Positions 30,107-39,455 of a stretch of DNA of 64,000 nucleotides are shown piece after piece. The notes under the pieces are model-generated. The model worked only from the letters and a program-made list of their open reading frames with translations, was not told the origin of the DNA and ran no database searches. The stretch's first letter is position 1. Each line of letters opens with the position of its first letter. A program made the translations under genes and the position numbers. The stretch is from Betaproteobacteria bacterium. GTDB lineage: Bacteria; Pseudomonadota; Gammaproteobacteria; Burkholderiales; SG8-41. The stretch covers positions 705 through 64,704 of the forward strand of contig CANJHY010000003.1 in NCBI GenBank assembly GCA_947474275.1, given 5' to 3'.

Positions 30107-31756
30107 CTAGTTCTTGCTGCGTTGATACAGCCGGTAGCTTTCGAACTTGTCGCCGGGGCGCGCGCCCTGCCAGATTTTTTGCCAGGGGCCGAGCGGCACG
30201 TGTTCTTCGCTTGCCACGCCCTGCACCAGGGTGAGATCGCAGTCATCGCGTTTGCGCTGCGGCGCATCGAGGCGCCAGGTGACGATGTTGGCGAAGTAAT
30301 GCAGCATCGCGCGCTGCGGCTCGCCGAGATTGAGGCTGGCGATGCAGAGGTATTTCGGTGGCAGCGATTTTTGCATGTCGGCGATCATCCCGCGATAGCT
30401 TTTGCCGACGTCGATCCAGCTGACGAACAGGATCGCCAGCAGCCCCCAGATCATCGTCATGGTGGCCGCCCACGCGATCACCGGACGGTCGCGGCTCTTC
30501 TTGAGGCGGGTAAGCAGCACGATCCAGCCGCCGGTATAAAGCGCGCCGAGGACGAATGGCAGCCATTTGAAGCCGGTCGCGTAGCCGGGCTGCAGATCGA
30601 GCAGATGGTCGTGCAGTTTCGGCGGGATGCTCAGTTCGAGCGCGCCCCAGTAGAACCAAGCGACGATCAGGAAGACGGCGCCGCCCATAACGCTGAACCA
30701 GTACATCAGGTTGGCCGCGCCGCGCCGCAGCGTGTCGGCTGCCGGGGTGGCGAGTAGCGCGAGCGGCAACACCAGCGGCAGTGCATAGAGTTCGCGCGCG
30801 TCGGCCGAAGCGCTCAAGACGACGAAGATAACGCCGAAGCTGACCAACGGCAAAGCGTAGGCCGGCGCGAGCAGGCTCCTGAACCGCGCGCGCCACAATG
30901 CCCACACTGCTAGCGGCAGCGCCGGCAGCGCGTACCACGGCAGGATGCGCAGATAGTGCGCCGAGTCGGCGGTCGGGCCGATGTCGTTGCTGCCGAGAAA
31001 GCGGCCGAAGTTGTTGACGATCAGCCATTCATTGAACAGCGCCGGCGCTTTGTTGTAGAGCGCGAGCGGCCAGATCAATAACCATGGCGCGCACGCCAGC
31101 GCCGCCACGGCGAGGCATGCGACATAACTGCGATTGCGCCAGGCCGGAAACAGCGGCAGCAGCAGCGCGATGATGCCGAAGACGCCAGGTGCGATCAGCC
31201 CCTTGGACATGAAGCCGATGCCCACCCCGGTGCCCAGCCAGAAGCCGCCGGTAGCGGGACGCCGCAAAGCGAGCGCGAAGCCGTAAAAGCCGGCGGCGAA
31301 TCCGGTCAGCAGCGAAATGTCGGTGATCAGCTGGTGGCTGCGGATCAGGATGCCGAGGCAGCCCATCAGCATCAGCGCCGCCAGCCAGCCGCGGTTCACG
31401 CCGTAGAGCTCGCGCGCGGCGCCGGCGATAAAGGCAAAAGTGCACGCCATGTAGAGCCCGGTGGTGAGGCGCGCTGCATCGTGCAGCGCCAGCGGCGGCG
31501 ACAGCAGGGATGCGAGCGCCGCGGCACTCAGGTAAAACAGCGGCGGTTTTTCCATGAACGGCTCGTGCGCCAGCATGGGCACGATCCAGTCGCCGTCTTT
31601 GAGCAGGCTGTAGATGAGCCCGAACGTATAGGCTTCGTCGGGCTTCCACGGGTCGTGGCCGACCAAGCCGGGCAGTATCCACGCCGCGGCGAGCACCCAG
31701 ATCCAGGCGAGGGAAATCGATTGCGCGGCGTACTGCCCGCTGGCGGTTGGTGTCAT
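30107..31756 (-). CDS. ArnT-like integral membrane glycosyltransferase (GT-C fold)
   Basis: GHDPWKPDE, FMEKPPLFY, FMSKG motifs; many TM segments; start reassigned to ATG 31756. Confidence 0.88.
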   Translation of the reverse strand: MTPTASGQYAAQSISLAWIWVLAAAWILPGLVGHDPWKPDEAYTFGLIYSLLKDGDWIVPMLAHEPFMEKPPLFYLSAAALASLLSPPLALHDAARLTTGLYMACTFAFIAGAARELYGVNRGWLAALMLMGCLGILIRSHQLITDISLLTGFAAGFYGFALALRRPATGGFWLGTGVGIGFMSKGLIAPGVFGIIALLLPLFPAWRNRSYVACLAVAALACAPWLLIWPLALYNKAPALFNEWLIVNNFGRFLGSNDIGPTADSAHYLRILPWYALPALPLAVWALWRARFRSLLAPAYALPLVSFGVIFVVLSASADARELYALPLVLPLALLATPAADTLRRGAANLMYWFSVMGGAVFLIVAWFYWGALELSIPPKLHDHLLDLQPGYATGFKWLPFVLGALYTGGWIVLLTRLKKSRDRPVIAWAATMTMIWGLLAILFVSWIDVGKSYRGMIADMQKSLPPKYLCIASLNLGEPQRAMLHYFANIVTWRLDAPQRKRDDCDLTLVQGVASEEHVPLGPWQKIWQGARPGDKFESYRLYQRSKN

Positions 31757-31765
31757 TGAGTATGC

Positions 31766-31860
31766 GGTGATGGGCAATGGGTTATGAGCAATGGGTGTAG
31801 GAGCGGGCAAGTCCGGCGCTGCTGGAAGTTGTTACCCATCACTCATCACTCATATCCCAT
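31766..31860. repeat. Degenerate heptamer-period inverted repeat (TGATGGG/CAATGGG ... CCCATCA/CTCATCA)
   Basis: Four 7-mer units on each arm around a loop of about 35 nt. Confidence 0.7.
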
Positions 31861-31869
31861 TTCCGGTTT

Positions 31870-32748
31870 TTAGGCGAGTTGGCGCCGATAAATCGCCTCG
31901 AGGATGCGCAAAGGCGCAGAGCGCTCGTCCTGCATCGCCGCGACCGGCAGGTAGAACGTCTGCTCGAGCAGAAACTGGCCCGCCAGCGCCGCGTGCATTA
32001 CGCGGTCGGTGAAGACCAGCCACGTTGTCTGCGCGGGAAATTCGAAATGCGTGCGCGGCGTCGCCTGCTGGTAAGCGTCGTCGAGCTTGGCCTTGTCGTG
32101 CAGGTTGAGCATGACGTGGTCGTAGGCGCTGCGCCTGCCCTTGGTGATGCCGAGTTTTTCCAGCAGCCACGCGCTGCCCGGCACTTGCGGTGGCACGCGC
32201 GCGGAAAATTTTCCGGCCATCGCGTCGAACGGCTCGCCGATTTCCCACACGCGCGGCTCACGGCGCGGATTGATATTGGAGAACACGCGCAGTATGCGCA
32301 GTCCCTGGTTGGGGCGCGAGGCGAATGCGTCGACGTGCAGCCGGGTGTCGTCTTTTTTGCGCGAAGTCTCGCGCCCGCGCGTCTCCACCGGGCGAAAGCT
32401 GGCGAGGCCGTAGCGCAGATGCTGCGCGTAATGCGGACACAGGTTCAACACGAGTTGATGCGCGTGGCTGGCGTAGCGTGCAACCAGGGCGGCGAGCTGT
32501 TCTCGGTCGGCGCCGTCAGCCGACGTGTGCGCGAGCGTGCTCGAGCGCGGATCGTAGCTTACGTTTTTTGCGTTGCCGGCGAGCCATTGCGGCGACAGGA
32601 AACGCTGTTCTTCGGCCGCGAGCGCGAAATTCAATTGCGGCAGGAAGAGCACGTTGCCGGCTTCGAGATCGCGCGTCGCGGCGGCCGCGGCGGCGGGGGC
32701 GAACGGCGCGTCCCAGCGCGCGGCATCGAGGGTGATGATGGGGCTCAT
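31870..32748 (-). CDS. kdoO: Kdo hydroxylase family protein
   Basis: KDDTRLHVDAFASRP, RILRVFSNINP, YDHVMLNLHD, HAALAGQFLLEQT. Confidence 0.85.
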   Translation of the reverse strand: MSPIITLDAARWDAPFAPAAAAAATRDLEAGNVLFLPQLNFALAAEEQRFLSPQWLAGNAKNVSYDPRSSTLAHTSADGADREQLAALVARYASHAHQLVLNLCPHYAQHLRYGLASFRPVETRGRETSRKKDDTRLHVDAFASRPNQGLRILRVFSNINPRREPRVWEIGEPFDAMAGKFSARVPPQVPGSAWLLEKLGITKGRRSAYDHVMLNLHDKAKLDDAYQQATPRTHFEFPAQTTWLVFTDRVMHAALAGQFLLEQTFYLPVAAMQDERSAPLRILEAIYRRQLA

Positions 32749-32751
32749 TAT

Positions 32752-34194
32752 TTACTCTACGATCTTCAGTGCCTGCCCCGCGGCAGGCTCACCTTGCGGG
32801 TACAGGCCGTTCAACAGGCGCAGGTACGATACCGCATTCTTGCCCAGGGGTGAGGAGCGCGCGAGTTCAGCAAATGTCGCGCCCGGCGGCGCGTTGATGA
32901 CGCGCAGCGTTAGCGGCCGCGCTGAGTTCCGTTCCGTTTCGCTCATGGCGTGAAAGCTTGTAATCGTAGCATTGATCGCCGCCAGCGCCTGCTGCATGGC
33001 GCCTTCCGTTTTTGCCTGGCCGCCGATCAGGTACGCGCTCTTGCCGAGAAACACGACGGCGGCACGCGTCGGCAGTCCGCGGATACTCGTGGTGGCGATG
33101 GCGGCCGGCAGGCCGTTGATGGTGGTGGAGGTGATTTCGCGCGCGTTGCCGATCTGTTTGCGCAGGATGTCGGCGGGCGCGCCCTGCGCGCGGCCGGCCA
33201 GGCGCATTTCTATCATCACATCGTCGCCGCGGTTGCTGGCCGACACGCTGTCTGGCTTGTTGCTGATGCGCCAGGTGTCGGGAAATTTGAGGACGAGCCC
33301 GAGTTCGCGGTGATAGAAAGTGAAGTTGCGCACGAAGCCCTGGCTTTCGCTGTAGCCGAACGGGACCTTATCGATCATGCGCAGGAATTCTTCCTGGTTG
33401 ACGCGCCCGCTGCCAGCCAGCTTGCCGGCTTCGCCCACCACCTCCTGCAGGCGCTGGTCGGCGTCGGGGTGCGAGGCGAATACGCCGTGATAGCTGCGTG
33501 GCTGGCGGCCTTCCGCTTTCGCGACTTCGGCGTCGAACAACTCCTGGTTTTTGAGCACACCGATGACCTTGATCATCGCCTGCGGATCGTAACCGGTGCG
33601 ATACAGGTACTCAGCGCCCAGCTTGTCGGCTTCGAGTTCGTGCTCGCGGCCATAGCCCGACAGCAGCACGTTGCCGAGCAGACCGATGGCGGTATCGCCG
33701 GCCTGGTTGCGCAGCGCCGGCACGAAAATACCGACCAGCGTGGCGCCCACACCGGCGGCGGTCGCGGCACTCATCTGCTGCACGCCGTGGCGCGCGGTTA
33801 CGTGTCCGGTTTCGTGCCCAAGCACGGCAGCAAGCTCGGCTTCCGAGTTGAGATAAGCGAGGATGCCGCGCGTGACGTAGATATAGCCGCCGGGCAGCGC
33901 GAACGCGTTGATCTCCGGCGAATCGACCACCACGTAGGTATATTGCAGTTGCGGGCGATGGCTCGCCTTGCCCAGCCGCTGGCCGACTTCGTTCACGTAC
34001 TGCTGCAGCGCCTTGTTGTCGTAGACGCCGTACTCCTGGCGCACTTTGACGTCTTCCTGGCGGCCGGTCTGGACTTCCTGCGTTTCCGACATGGTCACGA
34101 AATTGGCGCGCCCGGACACGGGGTTTTGCGCGCAGTTGGTGAGCGCGAGTGCCAGCGGCAGCGCGGTCCATGCGGCAAGCATTCTCGATTTCAT
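32752..34194 (-). CDS. M48 family metalloprotease lipoprotein (BepA/LoiP-like)
   Basis: Lipobox LTNC, NAFALPGG, HETGH, ELEAD, FASHP. Confidence 0.9.
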   Translation of the reverse strand: MKSRMLAAWTALPLALALTNCAQNPVSGRANFVTMSETQEVQTGRQEDVKVRQEYGVYDNKALQQYVNEVGQRLGKASHRPQLQYTYVVVDSPEINAFALPGGYIYVTRGILAYLNSEAELAAVLGHETGHVTARHGVQQMSAATAAGVGATLVGIFVPALRNQAGDTAIGLLGNVLLSGYGREHELEADKLGAEYLYRTGYDPQAMIKVIGVLKNQELFDAEVAKAEGRQPRSYHGVFASHPDADQRLQEVVGEAGKLAGSGRVNQEEFLRMIDKVPFGYSESQGFVRNFTFYHRELGLVLKFPDTWRISNKPDSVSASNRGDDVMIEMRLAGRAQGAPADILRKQIGNAREITSTTINGLPAAIATTSIRGLPTRAAVVFLGKSAYLIGGQAKTEGAMQQALAAINATITSFHAMSETERNSARPLTLRVINAPPGATFAELARSSPLGKNAVSYLRLLNGLYPQGEPAAGQALKIVE

Positions 34195-34234
34195 GGGTGC
34201 GATTTTAACGGTTGAGTCGGCAAAGGACTACCCG

Positions 34235-34273
34235 TGCGCCCGATTCGGGTGCGCAGCGCACTAATAACGTGCG
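34235..34273. promoter_or_regulatory. Candidate NtrC-type enhancer sites
   Basis: CGCACTAATAACGTGCG (34257-34273) resembles TGCACCA-N3-TGGTGCA; second palindrome at 34235-34255. Confidence 0.5.
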
Positions 34274-34382
34274 GCGGCGCCTGCAACGGCAGCGGAACGG
34301 GGGTGTTGCGAACTTCGTCGGTGCGTCGATTCGTCAATAAAAACAGATTGCTGATGAGCTGTTCGCGCACGGTGCGCGGCAC

Positions 34383-34398
34383 TGGTATGCATCCTGCT
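34383..34398 (+). promoter_or_regulatory. Sigma54 (-24/-12) promoter of the cyanate operon
   Basis: TGGTATGCATCCTGCT: GG-N10-GC spacing, about 35 bp upstream of the ATG. Confidence 0.7.
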
Positions 34399-34433
34399 GA
34401 TAACCGGACGATTCAACTTCAGCGGAGACACCC

Positions 34434-35807
34434 ATGTCCGGTTTCAAGAACCCCTACGATCCGAATATCAAGTTGTCGCGCGGTTGCGGCTGCGGCCGGC
34501 ACACCACGCAGGCGGAGCACGACGCGGCGGTTGAAACCGACCAGTTGGCGAGCGGCAGCGAAGCGCTGCTGGCGCGTGTCGTCGAGTCCGCGGTGATGCG
34601 CGCGCTGTTTCCGCAGGACGAACTGCGCCGGCGTTTCCTGCGCGCGGTCGGCGCCGGCACCGCGCTGTCGGCGATTTCGACGTTTTTCCCGCTCGGCATG
34701 GCGAAGGAAGCTTTCGCGCAGGTGGGCAACCTGGAAAAGCAGTCGGTGAAAATCGGCTTTATCCCGATCACCTGCGCTACGCCCATCATCATGTCGCTGC
34801 CGATGGGTTTTTACGCGCGCCAGGGCCTCAACGTCGACGTGGTGAAAACCGCCGGCTGGGCGGTGATCCGCGACAAGACGCTCAACAAGGAATACGACGC
34901 CGCGCACATGCTGTCGCCGATGCCGCTGGCGATCTCCCTGGGCGCCGGCTCCAACCCGATTCCGTATACCGTGCCGGCGATCGAGAACATCAACGGCCAG
35001 GCCATCACGCTGTCGGTCAAGCACAAGGACAAGCGCGATCCCAAGCAGTGGAAAGGCTTCAAGTTCGCGGTGCCTTTCGACTACTCGATGCACAATTACC
35101 TGCTGCGCTATTACCTCGCCGAGCACGGCCTCGATCCGGACAAGGACGTGCAAATCCGCTCGGTGCCGCCGCCCGAGATGGTGGCGAACCTGCGCGCCGA
35201 CAACATCGACGGCTTTCTCGCGCCCGATCCGGTTAACCAGCGCGCGGTTTTTGATGGCGTCGGTTTTATCCACCTGCTGACCAAGGAGCTGTGGGAAGGC
35301 CACCCGTGCTGTGCGTTCGCCGCTAGCAAGGAATTCATCACCAAGGCGCCCAATACCTATCGTGCCCTGTTAAGGGCCATCGTGGACGCCACCGCGTATG
35401 CGGCGAAACCCGAGAACCGCAAGCAGATCGCGGAAGCCATCGCGCCGGTGAATTTCCTCAATCAGCCGGTGACGGTGCTCGAGCAGGTGCTGACCGGCAA
35501 TTACGCCGACGGGCTCGGCAACATCATCAAGGTGCCGAATCGCATCGACTTCGATCCTTTCCCGTGGCATTCGTTTGCGATCTGGATCATGACGCAGATG
35601 AAGCGCTGGGGCCAGGTCAAGGGTGATATCGACTATGCGAAGGTGGCGCGCGAAGTGTTTCTCGCCACCGATGCCGCGAAAATCATGAAGGAGGCCGGCA
35701 TGAAGGTGCCGTCGTCGGCGACCAAGAAGTTCTCGGTGATGGGTAAGGAGTTCGACTCCGCCAAGCCCGACGCTTATCTCGCGAGCTTCGCGATCAAGAG
35801 GACGTAG
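34434..35807 (+). CDS. cynA: CmpA/NrtA-family ABC substrate-binding protein (cyanate)
   Basis: Tat-like RRRFL, GFIPITCATP, PFDYSMHNYLLRY, HPCC; operon ends in cyanase. Confidence 0.85.
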   Translation: MSGFKNPYDPNIKLSRGCGCGRHTTQAEHDAAVETDQLASGSEALLARVVESAVMRALFPQDELRRRFLRAVGAGTALSAISTFFPLGMAKEAFAQVGNLEKQSVKIGFIPITCATPIIMSLPMGFYARQGLNVDVVKTAGWAVIRDKTLNKEYDAAHMLSPMPLAISLGAGSNPIPYTVPAIENINGQAITLSVKHKDKRDPKQWKGFKFAVPFDYSMHNYLLRYYLAEHGLDPDKDVQIRSVPPPEMVANLRADNIDGFLAPDPVNQRAVFDGVGFIHLLTKELWEGHPCCAFAASKEFITKAPNTYRALLRAIVDATAYAAKPENRKQIAEAIAPVNFLNQPVTVLEQVLTGNYADGLGNIIKVPNRIDFDPFPWHSFAIWIMTQMKRWGQVKGDIDYAKVAREVFLATDAAKIMKEAGMKVPSSATKKFSVMGKEFDSAKPDAYLASFAIKRT

Positions 35808-35811
35808 GGCA

Positions 35812-36657
35812 ATGCCGCGTTCCGACCGCCTTGGGGCGGCCTTGTTGTCCCTCCTGATGTTCGCGTTGTTCATCGCGATCTGGCATGGCGCGACCATGCC
35901 AAGCAGCAGCGGCGGCCAGGCGGCTGATTCGGAATACGCGAAGATGCTGGGCTCGGCTGCCGCGAGCGGGCAGAAATCCGCGATGCCTACCCCCAAGGAC
36001 GTGGCGCTCAAGTTGTGGGCGCACGCCAGGGACCCGTTCTACGTGCGCGGCACCAACGACCAGGGCATAGGCATCCAGATTGCATATTCGATAGGACGCG
36101 TGCTGCTCGGCTTTGGTCTCGCCGCGCTCGTCGCCATCCCGCTGGGCTTTTTGATCGGCATGTCGCCTTTGCTCTATCGCGCGTTCGATCCTTTCATCCA
36201 GGTGCTGAAACCGATTTCGCCGCTGGCCTGGATGCCGCTTGCGCTGTATACGATCAAGGACAGCGCGACCTCGTCGATATTCGTGATTTTCATCTGCTCG
36301 CTGTGGCCCATGCTGATCAATACCGCATTCGGCGTGTCAGCCGTGCGGCGCGAGTGGCTGAACGTCGCGCGTACGCTTGAAGTGTCGCCCATGCGCAAGG
36401 CGTTCCTGGTGGTGTTGCCGGCGGCAGCGCCCACCATCATGACCGGCATGCGCATTTCGGTCGGCATCGCCTGGCTGGTGATCGTGGCCGCGGAAATGCT
36501 GGTCGGCGGCACCGGCATCGGCTACTTCGTGTGGAACGAGTGGAACAACCTGTCGATCAGCAACATCCTGTGCGCGATCCTGCTGATCGGCCTGGTCGGC
36601 ATGGTGCTCGACCAGCTCCTTGCACGCCTGGCGCGCGCCGTCACCTATCCTGAGTAA
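35812..36657 (+). CDS. cynB: Nitrate/cyanate ABC permease
   Basis: DPFYVRGTNDQGIG, LKPISPLAWMP, WLVIVAAEM. Confidence 0.85.
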   Translation: MPRSDRLGAALLSLLMFALFIAIWHGATMPSSSGGQAADSEYAKMLGSAAASGQKSAMPTPKDVALKLWAHARDPFYVRGTNDQGIGIQIAYSIGRVLLGFGLAALVAIPLGFLIGMSPLLYRAFDPFIQVLKPISPLAWMPLALYTIKDSATSSIFVIFICSLWPMLINTAFGVSAVRREWLNVARTLEVSPMRKAFLVVLPAAAPTIMTGMRISVGIAWLVIVAAEMLVGGTGIGYFVWNEWNNLSISNILCAILLIGLVGMVLDQLLARLARAVTYPE

Positions 36658-36667
36658 GGCTTAGAGC

Positions 36668-37594
36668 GTGGAATTCCTCAGGGTCGAAGGTCTGAAAAAA
36701 TCGTTTGTGCCGCCGCGCGGCGGCGCGCCGTTCGTGGTGTTCGACGAAGTCAATTTCTCGATCGACAAAGGCGAGTTCGTCTGCATCGTCGGCCATTCGG
36801 GCTGCGGCAAGTCGACCATACTCAATATCCTCGCCGGGCTCGACGAAGCGAGCGCCGGTGTCGTGATCATGGCCGGCCGCGAGGTGGCGGGCCCGAGTCT
36901 GGATCGCGGCGTGGTGTTCCAGGGCCATGCCCTGATGCCGTGGCTGTCCGCCAAAAAGAACGTCGAGTTTGCGGTGAAGTCGCGCTGGCGCGACGCCGAC
37001 CGCGCGAAAATAGACGAAATCTGCCAGCGCTATCTCGACATGGTCGGTCTGACGGGTTCCGAAGACAAAAAGCCGGCTGAACTCTCGGGCGGCATGAAGC
37101 AAAGGGTCGGCATTGCACGCGCGTTTGCGATCGCGCCCAAGATGCTATTGCTGGACGAGCCGTTCGGCGCGCTCGACGCGCTGACGCGCGGCGTCATCCA
37201 GGACGAGCTGCTGAAAATCTGCGCAGCCACCCACCAGACCGTGTTCATGATCACGCACGACGTCGACGAAGCGATCCTGCTTGCCGACAAAATCATGCTG
37301 ATGTCGAATGGCCCGAACGCGCGCATCGCCGAAATCGTCGTCAACACGCTGCCGCGAGACCGCAGCCGCAACACCATACACAAAGATCCGCAGTACTACC
37401 CGATACGCAATCATCTGGTCGACTTTCTGGTCAGCCGCTCGAAAGAATTCACCGAGCAGCCGCCGGCGAATTTCGACCCGCGTCATCCGCCGCAGGTGAC
37501 GCCGGGTCTGCCGCCCGCTGCGCCGGCAAATCCCCTGTCGTTGGTGCAACCGCACGGTGCGCCGTCGCCCGTTCTGGCCGGCAGCAAAAACTGA
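36668..37594 (+). CDS. cynD: Nitrate/cyanate ABC ATP-binding protein
   Basis: GHSGCGKS, LSGGMKQR, LLDEPFGALD, ITHDVDEA. Confidence 0.85.
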   Translation: MEFLRVEGLKKSFVPPRGGAPFVVFDEVNFSIDKGEFVCIVGHSGCGKSTILNILAGLDEASAGVVIMAGREVAGPSLDRGVVFQGHALMPWLSAKKNVEFAVKSRWRDADRAKIDEICQRYLDMVGLTGSEDKKPAELSGGMKQRVGIARAFAIAPKMLLLDEPFGALDALTRGVIQDELLKICAATHQTVFMITHDVDEAILLADKIMLMSNGPNARIAEIVVNTLPRDRSRNTIHKDPQYYPIRNHLVDFLVSRSKEFTEQPPANFDPRHPPQVTPGLPPAAPANPLSLVQPHGAPSPVLAGSKN

Positions 37595-37624
37595 ATCAGA
37601 TCACTTTTAAAAGGAGAGAGAAGC

Positions 37625-38077
37625 ATGAGCATAACGAACCGCACGCAAGTTACCGAACTGATAGTCATGACGAGGATCAAAAAGGGTCTGTCATGGGCCA
37701 AAATCGCCAAAGCCGTTGGCCAGAGCAAGGAATGGACGACCGCCGCGCTGCTGGGCCAGATGCAAATGACCAAACAGCAGGCCAAGGCTGCCGGCAAATT
37801 GCTCGACTTGCCTGCGGACGCAGTGCTGCTGCTGCAGCAGGTGCCGTACAAAGGCTCGCTGCCGACCGCCGTGCCGACCGACCCGCTGATCTACCGGTTC
37901 TACGAACTGGTGAGCGTCTACGGCACGACGTTCAAGGAACTGATACATGAAGAATTCGGCGACGGCATCATGAGCGCGATCGACTTCAAGATGGACATGA
38001 CGCGCGAGGCCGACCCCAAGGGCGACCGCGTCAAGATCGTGATGAGCGGCAAATACCTCGCGTACAAGACTTATTAG
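37625..38077 (+). CDS. cynS: Cyanase (cyanate hydratase)
   Basis: PTDPLIYRFYE, HEEFGDGIMSAIDF, GKYLAY. Confidence 0.97.
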   Translation: MSITNRTQVTELIVMTRIKKGLSWAKIAKAVGQSKEWTTAALLGQMQMTKQQAKAAGKLLDLPADAVLLLQQVPYKGSLPTAVPTDPLIYRFYELVSVYGTTFKELIHEEFGDGIMSAIDFKMDMTREADPKGDRVKIVMSGKYLAYKTY

Positions 38078-38229
38078 AACCCACCTCCATAACGCAACTC
38101 GGACAAGCAACCGTCGATAGACGCCGATTAACGCCGATATAATTTCAGACCTGACCCGGACGATGCCTAAATCCCTTTAGGCTATCTGCGTTCATCCGCG
38201 GTTCCAAGTTGATTTGGAGGTGGTTTCTA
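38075..38229. mobile_element. MITE-like element with 15-bp terminal inverted repeats and inner 9-bp periodic inverted repeats
   Basis: TAGAACCCACCTCCA (38075-38089) vs reverse complement of 38215-38229, TAGAAACCACCTCCA (14/15); inner ACGCCGAT repeats and TATCTGCGTTCATCCGCGGTT. Confidence 0.7.
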
Positions 38230-38293
38230 GCTGCTTGAAGCGGACGTTTTAGCACGGCTTAAATATCGTTGTTCAACCTGACAGGGAGCCAAT

Positions 38294-39409
38294 ATGAAAG
38301 TCACGCGTAGAAAATTCATGACCGCTGCGGGCGGTGTTGCTGCTGCGACCATCGCCGCGCCGGCGATCGCGCAATCCGTGCCCGAGGTGCGCTGGCGCTG
38401 CGCGTCGAGCTTTCCGAAAAGCCTCGACACCATCTATGGCGGCGGCGAAGTCATCGCCAAGCGCGTGGCCGCGATCACCGGCGGCAAGTTCCAGATCCGC
38501 GTGTTCGGCGCCGGTGAAATCGTGCCGGCGTTCGGCACGGTCGATGCGGTCCAGCAGGGCACGGTCGAATGCACGCACACCGCGGGCTATTACTTCGTTG
38601 GCAAGAACAAGGCGTTTGCGTTCGACACGACAGTGCCGTTCGGCATGAACCAGCGCCAGCAGAACGCGTGGATCTACTGGGGCGGCGGACTGCAGTTGAT
38701 GCGCGACTTCCTGAAAGACTACAACATCATTTCCTTTCCGGCCGGCAACACCGGCACGCAGATGGGCGGCTGGTTCCGCAAGGAAGTGAAGACCGTCGCC
38801 GACCTGAAGGGCGTCAAAATGCGCATAGCGGGTCTCGGCGGCGAGGTGATGGCGCGGCTGGGCGCGGTGCCGCAGCAGATCGCGGGCGGCGATATTTATC
38901 CGGCGCTCGAACGCGGCACCATAGACGCCGCCGAATGGGTGGGGCCGTACGATGACGAGAAGCTCGGTTTCTACAAGATCGCGCCGCATTACTACTATCC
39001 GGGCTGGTGGGAAGCGTGCTCGATGTACGGGCTCTACGTGAACATCAAGGAATGGGAAAAGCTGCCCAAGGAATACCAGGCCGCGCTCGAGGCCGCATGT
39101 TACGAGGCCAACACCGACATGATGGCCGAATATGATTTCAAGAATCCGCAGGCACTGCAGCGCCTGGTCAAAAACGGCGTCAAGCTGCACGCCTACTCGC
39201 CGGAAATCATGAAGGCCGCCTACAAGGTTTCGTTCGAGTTGTACGAAGAAGAGGCGATCAAGAACCCGGCGTGGAAAAAAATCTACGAGCCGTGGAAGAA
39301 ATTCCGCGACGAAGAGTTCCTGTGGCACCGCGTCGCCGAGCAGACGCTGGCAACTTTTCTTTACAGCCAGCAGGTGGCCAAAACCGCGGCCGCCGCAAAA
39401 AAGAAATAG
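38294..39409 (+). CDS. TRAP transporter substrate-binding protein (TakP/DctP type, Tat-exported)
   Basis: TRRKF Tat signal, SSFPKSLD, GNTGTQMGGWF, EWVGPYDD, YYPGWWE. Confidence 0.92.
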   Translation: MKVTRRKFMTAAGGVAAATIAAPAIAQSVPEVRWRCASSFPKSLDTIYGGGEVIAKRVAAITGGKFQIRVFGAGEIVPAFGTVDAVQQGTVECTHTAGYYFVGKNKAFAFDTTVPFGMNQRQQNAWIYWGGGLQLMRDFLKDYNIISFPAGNTGTQMGGWFRKEVKTVADLKGVKMRIAGLGGEVMARLGAVPQQIAGGDIYPALERGTIDAAEWVGPYDDEKLGFYKIAPHYYYPGWWEACSMYGLYVNIKEWEKLPKEYQAALEAACYEANTDMMAEYDFKNPQALQRLVKNGVKLHAYSPEIMKAAYKVSFELYEEEAIKNPAWKKIYEPWKKFRDEEFLWHRVAEQTLATFLYSQQVAKTAAAAKKK

Positions 39410-39425
39410 CCATAATTTCCCGGAT

Positions 39426-39455
39426 AAATGCCCCGCAGTCGCGGGGCATTTTTTT
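39426..39455 (+). terminator. Rho-independent terminator
   Basis: AAATGCCCCGC-agtc-GCGGGGCATTT followed by a T run. Confidence 0.88.

Noticed and set aside
29351-30757. 468-aa plus-strand ORF with SGFRIQD repeats
   Set aside because: Translation of the heptamer array, antisense to hslO and the arnT-like gene
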